NCBI RefSeq assembly: GCF_037042905.1
Contig: NC_087246.1
Location: 1,614,001 to 1,678,000 of the forward strand
Direction of reading: 5' to 3'
From: Lytechinus pictus
Taxonomy: Eukaryota
Length of the DNA: 64,000 nucleotides
The position numbers were made by a program, and so were the translations under genes. Positions 56,429-64,000 of the stretch are shown piece after piece; the first letter of the stretch is position 1; each line of letters begins with the position of its first letter. The notes beneath the pieces were generated by a model that saw only the letters and a list, made by a program, of their open reading frames with translations, searched no databases and had not been told where the DNA came from.

Positions 56429-57534
56429 CTGACGATACAACTTATAGCCTTTATAAGTTTTCCTCTTCAAATTCCATATTACGACCCATTTATTTACCGA
56501 TTATTTTTGCATGATGTTATCTGTAATTGAAGTATCTATTATGACATTTATTCTGTTTTGTATGTATAATATGTTTGTTGTTATGTTTATTATAGGAGCG
56601 CCTTGAGCACCTAACAAGGTGGATATGTGCGCAATATAAATACCCTATATTATTATTACTTATTATTATCTGAAAATGAACTTAAAATAAGTTGAATTGG
56701 ATTGAATTGAATTACTATGCGTTCTATTTTTTATTTTTTTTAAGTGGGTTGTCAAATCGTGTCATTTTAAATGCCAGTTTCCCGTGACTTCTTTTTTTAA
56801 AGAATGAAGCATGAATGGATATGCTATGAATTCTTCATTTTTTTAAATAAAAAACATTTGCTTTACTTCTTTATTACATCATGTGCTTTTTTGTCTACTA
56901 CATAATGTAGTTACAAATAAAGCTCGATCGGGGCCATGATGTCATTCAAATTTTTGACCTTTCTCATCATGACATTTACAAAGTTATGTGATTAGTAGTT
57001 AACAAACTAGAACAAAAATGTAATTGAGTGGACAATATATAAACCTTTGATAAAAGGAGGTTACATTTTTTGAAGAGTAACATAAATATCAGGTATATAA
57101 TATGTTATATAATATTATTGTGACACATGGTGTAAATTGGGAGAGAAAGCTAATAATGAATATGGGCTTGGCTGATTAATTGAAGTTGAATCTTTGTTTA
57201 TTAGGTCCTGTTATCAAATACATCCATCACCATGGGCGTCAATCGGTGGGGGACGGGGGGGGGACGTGTCCCCCATGATCTTTTCAGGGGGGGGGGGACA
57301 TAATGTCAAATGTCCCCCCCCCCCATGTTTTTGTCACGAAAGAAGTGTGACCATCTGGGGGGGGGGGGAATATGTGCATACCTTCTCAAGGAAATGAGAG
57401 TTGATTCCCCTTAAAAAATATAAAGAAAAAAACAACTGTCATGTAACTTTTCGATGCAATTAACGTTGTGTAAATTCGCATTCAAAAGCAGCGCAGCTAG
57501 CCGTCTATGAGCCGTTCCTGTACGTACGACGCAG

Positions 57535-58761
57535 CACAGTGGGCCGGGGCGAAACAAAAGTGCGCCAAAAGTCATTTTGGGCAATTTCAGATTTTTAATT
57601 TTTGTCATGCCAAGCTGAAAGACAACACTTTGAAGAATACTTTAGCAAAATGTTTAATTCCGGAATTTGCATAAAGGATGTTAATTTCCTACCTCAAATC
57701 GTAAAATGTGACATTTTGCGAAATGTCGCGTATATGACAACCTAGTTGAAAAACAGGCCATTTCACAGGAGGTTTTTCATGTAGGAATCTGAAATGGCTC
57801 CCACATAACCCTGATATATTCTTTTTTCGTGTGAAATGGTTCAATGTAGATAAAAGACATCTTTCAGGAGGTTTACAGGATGATTATTCCTCGAAATAGG
57901 CTGAAAATCCATGTTTTTTGCATTTATATTAGAAACGTTTGTATTTCCGTGGATTTCCGTCTAAATTCTATCATCATCATTTTGCCAGATGTTTAAGCTT
58001 TAAGTCGATACCAAATTTAGCTGCCCGTTTTTGCCCGTTTTCATGTTAGAGCCGATTTTACTTGACACAACACCCCCAAAAACCTGTTAAAAAACGGTCA
58101 TTTTATACTGCGCAGTCGTCGTGGCGCACCGTATGGGTGTACATTGCCGTTCGCTTTTGCACGGCGAGGACGATTCCCCTTCCATTGGCTATGAAAATGA
58201 CAAGAATTCCGGGCATAATGTAAACAAAATAAAGGTTGCTAACGCAAATAAGGGCTATACCCCCAACTCTTCCAGAAATAAAACTTACTTGTAGAATAAT
58301 TTCAGCCAAATCCCTCCCCATAGTGATACATTCGTGGTGTTATATACTCTGCGTTTTACACAAGTCAACACAGCTTGATAAAGCATGGTTAATATTTTTC
58401 AGATTTTAAAGTTTTTTTTTATAAATCTAATTAATGATCATTTTGATGCCATAAAATAGTTTTTGGCATCTCATACACACTTTTTAGGCATGTGAGAAGC
58501 ATAAACCAACATTCACTCTGGTCAATCTTAAAGTAGCACATAACACAAAGTTTATATACTACACATTGTTTAGCGTAATTTGTCTTTTCACAGATAGGTT
58601 TTATAGCCAATCAAAATTTGGTATCAAGGTGACGTCATATCGGCTTTAAATTATGTTCAGTCGATTCTACGCCCAAAATTACCCATAATCAACATGTTAA
58701 AGTGAAAATCTAACTCGGAATATAATTTTGGCGCACTTTCAACTCATTCTGGCCCACTGTG
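57535..58761. mobile_element. Non-autonomous Transib-like DNA transposon with RSS-like bipartite TIRs
   Basis: Both ends read CACAGTGGGCC-N11-AAAGTGCGCCAAAA. Flanks CGCAG and CGCCG form a GC-rich 5-bp TSD with one mismatch. No transposase ORF. Confidence 0.8.
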
Positions 58762-60476
58762 CGCCGGGGTACACGCGAGCACCCACATGGAGACCCGCAC
58801 GTGCGTGGTGGGTTTTTTTTTCATTCGGGTATGCACGGCATGACAGCATAGGCGGATCCAGGGGGGCCCGGCCCGGCCCCCCCCCCCCCTATTGGCGGAG
58901 CAAAAAGAAAGAAAAAAAAAGGGAAAGAAAGAAAAAAGAGAAGAAGAAGGGAAAAGAGAGGAGAAAAAAAGAAAGGGAAACATAAAAGGAGGAAGACGAG
59001 TGAATAAGATAAGGGGAAGACTTGGAAAGTAATAATAAAAAATCTTTCATGCCGGGTTATAAAATTTTTGCTCGCGCTTCGCGCTCGCATCGCCTTTTAG
59101 GTGATTTACATATCTTGCTCAATATGGAGCTTAAATATCAAATCTTGAAGTCAATATACAAAACATATTTCAGCTCGAAAATTTAACTTTCATTATATTG
59201 TTATGATTTGCAAATTTGATTTTTAAAAAGTGTTCTGTAAATTTTTTTGTTTTATGGTCTGAATATTAACATTTTCTGCTTGCGCTGCGCGCTCGCAAAA
59301 TTTGATTTGTCATATGCAGGTACCTATTATTTTCCTGTATTCCATAAAGTTATCAAAATATCCCTATTCAGGTCAGATTGTGAAAACGTATCAGCTAGCG
59401 CTGCATGCTCGCATTTTGATTGGTGAGTTATGTTTATCTCAATATTAATTCTAAAACAAACTACTTAAAATCCCCATTTGATCACATGCAGTTTATCAGA
59501 AATTTCGGTTCGCGATTTCCGCTCGCATTGATTGTTGAAATATATCAACTCATGCATCTTATTCATAATTACAAAAATGCTTTAAATGTCCAGTTTTCAG
59601 GCCATAATATTAAGAGATTTCGCGCTCTCATGCTTAGGAAGAGAAATAGGAAAATAGTCATCATTTTCATATGATGACATAATGTCCCGGTCCTTTGTCA
59701 AAACTCAAAGTAATAATAATGAAAGTTATCAGCTCTTTTTAACTGTGATCCATATCCACCTCACAATTTTCCCACAAATTGCTTGAAAAACAGAGCTTAA
59801 ATTGACCCTTTTCAGAGCGGAATATCATATATTTTTTTGCGCTCGCTTTATTGATTTTCATGATAAGAAATGTATTTAAATTACCCTAATTCTACATGTT
59901 CTAGGTCGAAATCTAAAACACGCGTTTATTTACATACGCAGCTTGTTCTCTATTTAAATAATTATCCAGTTTCAGATCACAATATAAAAATTGTCTGCTC
60001 GCGCTTTGCACTCGCATTATAAATGTAGGAAAATTTCCAATTACTCATTTTTATGATTTACATATCATGAAAAGAGTGCCCATAATTTTTCCGCTCGCGC
60101 TTCGCGCTCGCATCAATTGTTTAGTTATATACTTATCCTTTTCACGGTTACAAAAAAGTGCTTAGAATTGAGGTAGAAATGTCAAAATTTCCAGCTCGCG
60201 CTTCGCGCTCGCATTATTTGGTAGTTAAAATATGTAACGTCATCATGGCTAACACGCAGCCGTTAACAGATCAGATCAAAGCGTATATCAAAAATAAATA
60301 AAACAATTTGTGCTCGCGCTTTGTGCTCGCATTATTAATGTAGGAAGCTGATTTCCAATTACTCATCATTTTCATGATTTACAAACAATGAATAGAGTGT
60401 CAAATTTTTAGGTTTGAATCTCGAATTTTTCAGCTCGCGCTTCGCGCTCGCATTAATTATTTAGCTATATACTTAA

Positions 60477-61249
60477 CCCTAAAATGGCCGGGGGGTGTTG
60501 GATCAACCCCCCCTCAACATTTTCTGCGATTTATTCCGCCGCGCGAAATTTTTTTACTGTGCCACTCGCAGAGTTTATACTTTTAAGTCTCGCGCATCTT
60601 TTGATACCAAATTTACGACGCCCGGGTACGCGGTTCCGAAATTACGCAACATTTTGTAAGTGCATGTCAGACCAAAAATTGTTCCAAAACGTGATTTTGT
60701 GTACAAAGTCAATGCAAATTGAGTTTTCTCATATTATTCATAAAGATATGATTATTTTTACTTTAAACAGCTGAAAGCAATTGATTTTAGCATAATTATG
60801 TTTAAAAAAGGTTGTGCAATAAATCTGGCGAAAAAAACAAAGAAAAACAAAAGGTTGAAAAACAGGGAAATACATAAGAAATTCATAAAACAATAAAATA
60901 CATAAGAAATTGATTTCCAAACCAAAGTTTTTTTAATTGCAATTGTTGAGAATGCTACAAAGAATATTTTTACCAAAAATTAGCATTCTAGGAGCTTTAT
61001 TTAGTGAATTAGAGCAAAAATTATGATTTATGCATAAATTAGCACAATTAATTCATATAAAATAAAATCTCATTATTTTGGAAAATTTTACCATACAGCC
61101 TTGTAGATTATATCGCACACTACCAGCGTGCAAATTTTTGCGGCACTCGCGCGATCGGCGGTCGAGATCTCAGGGTGGGGGGGGGGGGGGGGGTTGAATC
61201 AACCCCCCCCCGGCCACAGAACAGCCAAAAAAGCCCGGCCTAGTTAGGG
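60477..61249. mobile_element. piggyBac-like non-autonomous element
   Basis: TTAA|CCCTAA...TTAGGG|TTAA termini, with subterminal GGCCGGG and the palindrome-like GGGGGTTGAATCAACCCCC near both ends. Confidence 0.8.
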
Positions 61250-61618
61250 TTAACCTTTTTCATTCTTCAGGAAAAAATGTCAAAATTTTCAGCTCGCGCT
61301 TCGCATTATTTGATAGTTGAAATATGTAACGTCTTCATGGCTAACAAGCTGCCGGTAACAGATCCTTTTTTATCAGATGAAAACGTATATTAAAAATTTC
61401 TGCTCGCGCTTCGCGCTCGCAGCAATTATTTTGAATTTTAAAACAAAATACATAAAATAAACAAAAAGCTCGTATTTTTTAAATAAGGCTTATGATATTA
61501 TATATATAAATATATTACCCCTTCAAAGAAACAAACAAAAATTAACTTCGAGCGGCCGATCGGGGAAAATGTGGGTGAAAAAAAAATCCGGGCCCCCCCT
61601 ATTGGCGAAGGCTGGATC

Positions 61619-61782
61619 TAGTCTGCAGGCACAGACCCTGATTGGAACTATGATCAACAAGTGTGCCTCCACGCAAAGACTAGCACATACAAAACTTGCT
61701 GAGAGAGCCTTCAGTACACAAGGCATGAGTAGGCTGCACATTCAGACCCTTAACTCGAGCGAAGGGTTTGCCCAGCAGACTA
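61619..61782. mobile_element. 164-bp MITE with 9-bp TSD
   Basis: TAGTCTGC...GCAGACTA flanked on both sides by GGCTGGATC. A related copy lies at about 26961-27120. Confidence 0.75.
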
Positions 61783-63230
61783 GGCTGGATCCGCCCCTGT
61801 GACATACGGTACATGTAGCGGTGGAGTATGACGAAAGTGTAATGGATCTGGAAAGTATACCTATAAAAGTGACATGCTTGCATGTTGCTTTTGTGTCCCC
61901 CCCCCCCATGCTCAAGTTTGGATTGACGCCCATGTCCATCACTGACCAGTGACTGACTCCTATATCAATTTGAATTCATTTAATGGATCAAACTCGACCA
62001 TCTGGACATCAAATATTCATTGATGCGTCGTCTAAAGTGGGTTTATGAAAGTGATTTCAGTTTCATGAAATATGATTCTTTATCCCACAGAATACATGCC
62101 GAATGAAGGGGGGGGGGGGGTCTGATAATAAGAAATTGTGTAAAGTTATGTTATGTTCAAGAATTAAGTTGCAAGGTATACGTTGTTAAATTAGGCGCTT
62201 TTGTCGTAATAGCTAGAATCTCGAGAGATTGAAATGAAGCAAGGTGGAGTCTATAGGCCCTACAGGTGATGATGAAGGAAGCAGTTATTAAAAAAAAAAG
62301 TGATGGATTTCCCCCAATTATCCGGACGGAGAGAGTGCAATCAGTGATGTATGGATAATAACATTCCACTACAATCCATCTCTTTACCTGTCAGATCTGT
62401 TTTCTGCTCAATCGATTTTCTTATCGTTCAACTAAATTTTTCATGTTCAACGATCACAGTCGGATGGAGGTCATGTTTCCCTCTTGACGTCACACTCAAT
62501 TTCAAATCCGTCTGCTTTAGATACCCGGTCATTTTTTTCATGTAATAGATCTATACAACTGTGAAAATGGGGCATGAGGCCATTAGATTGCACGAGAGTT
62601 GCGAAATTTGACATCGAAGCTGAGATTTTTCACAGGTACGAGAGATGGATTGATTGTTTCGCCAACTTTGTTTCCCCTTCCCCGCCCACGTTTGGATTCG
62701 TTCACTAAAGAAAAGGGTGGGTAGTGGGTGAAATCCAGTGACTACCGCATGGGAGATGCTTCATCACATAATCATTTCGGCTAAATATTTATTCAGCAAA
62801 TAAACTTCAAGCTTAGTATAATTTTGTTTTCATTTATAGCGCATCCATATTCATGAGATTAAAACAAAAGTAGCCGGGAAAATAGCCAATATCGATCAAG
62901 CCTAGAAGACATCCGTCCATTGACACCTTTGGTCGATTCGTCCATGACTGTAATTTAAATAAGAAAAGATAACGGCGCGCCACTTAAAAACTCTATAACT
63001 CTCATACACAATACGTGTGTATACACAAAGGAACTGCCCAATGTTTACCCTATTGTAAGGTTACGAGCTAGCTCACGTCGGAATCAATGGTTCATACACG
63101 CTGTTATTATTGGTGGTAAATATACCATTGGCTTTAGCATAGAACTAACATCTTCTCGTGAGCTCAAATAGCTGTTTCTCAGTATTGCTTCGATCATTTT
63201 AAGGATACTTTGCAAGTTTTGACAAGTAGA

Positions 63231-63275
63231 ATGTCTTCTTATGCGGGACTAGACGAGATTGGACTTCGTAAATTG
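63231..63275 (+). CDS. Probable first coding exon of a smoothelin-like protein (gene continues past the right edge)
   Basis: ATG...TTG|gtaagt gives MSSYAGLDEIGLRKL, resembling the smoothelin N-terminus as I recall it (LAGLDEGALRKL). Only 15 codons are visible. Confidence 0.55.
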
Positions 63276-64000
63276 GTAAGTGCAATGCCTCTTTCTTTCA
63301 TCTTCCATGATGAAGAGCCGTGAACTTGGTCTTCCAATCAGCTGAGTGATGCCCTCCAATCTCGGGGGTCGACCAGACCATTGATTTACCGCTAACTTGG
63401 CCGGCAGGTGTTATTTCACGTTCTCCGTACAGTATAAGGCTTTTGTACTAAGTTCAAGCTGTGTTTTTACATTTATTTTACTGTATAATTTATATGATAT
63501 ATTCATTGGTTGACGAGATCAGATTTTACTATAATTAATAATTGATATATTATATTCAGCTTACATTTTATTTTACAAGATTGAGTCTAGTACTGTTCCA
63601 CGGAGATGGACTAGAGATGGTGGACTAAATTATCATAGTTTATATTAATGTTCATTGATTTTGAAATGCTAGGGAAGTCTAGTTACACATTCATCACTAT
63701 CAGATTACATCTAGAAATTTGGTGATTGATTAATAATATTGTTTTTAAGCAACTGAAGTATCAATATTTGAGAGTGAGAATGACGAGTTTGCAATATCAT
63801 GCTACCAGGCAGAGAAAAACAATCATGGTTTTATAAAGAAAATAAAGTAAATCATACTTTATTGTGTGACCTTCTGACATCATCTGTATTCTGTACCCTG
63901 AAAATTGAAGGGTCGGAGGGGTTCTTTTCTAATGAGATTTCTAGTTTGGCCAATTCTTATAAGTTTTTCCTAAATTGTTTTTGGGGTAGTTTTGTTTACA

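Larger units (their letters stand above)
58847..61799. mobile_element. hAT-like non-autonomous element with many internal GCTCGCGCTTCGCGCTCGCA motifs
   Basis: Ends CATAGGCGGATCCAG...CTGGATCCGCCCCTG; the motif recurs throughout. No clean TSD. Confidence 0.7.
57231..61934. mobile_element. hAT-like non-autonomous element hosting nested insertions
   Basis: TIR CATGGGCGTCAATC...GATTGACGCCCATG with perfect 8-bp TSD TCCATCAC (57223-57230 and 61935-61942). Confidence 0.85.

Noticed and set aside
57535..58761. True antigen-receptor locus or RAG/Transib coding sequence
   Set aside because: No immunoglobulin-like segments flank the signals and there is no transposase ORF inside. The inward-facing ends and TSD indicate a non-autonomous transposon.
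58728..59090. Lys/Glu-rich and Phe-rich overlapping ORFs
   Set aside because: Arise from poly-C and purine-rich tracts at a transposon terminus.

Overview
AT-rich, intron-containing eukaryotic DNA. The repeat landscape and TACATGTA enrichment suggest an invertebrate deuterostome, probably a sea urchin; this is inferred, not checked by search. Reading splice sites by hand gives five genes: (1) the 5' part of a myotubularin-related MTMR3/4 gene on the minus strand, running off the left edge; (2) a complete PLAC8/cornifelin-family gene on the minus strand that the ORF track shows only as fragments; (3) MRPL18 on the minus strand, head-to-head with (4) a 19-exon VPS53 on the plus strand (about 831 aa, ATGs 310 bp apart); (5) a probable first coding exon of a smoothelin-like gene near the right edge. 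Introns and intergenic DNA hold many non-autonomous DNA transposons (hAT-, Tc1/mariner-, PIF/Harbinger-, Kolobok-, piggyBac-, Transib- and Helentron-like), often nested, plus SINE and LINE tails. Two observations stand out. First, a 19 x 59-bp tandem array copies the VPS53 exon-12 splice acceptor, so 18 decoy acceptors leading to a stop precede the productive one, and an older decayed duplication of the same kind sits at exon 17. Second, a 1.2-kb Transib-like element has perfect CACAGTG heptamers at both ends with nonamer-like motifs at 12- and 23-bp spacing, resembling V(D)J recombination signals.
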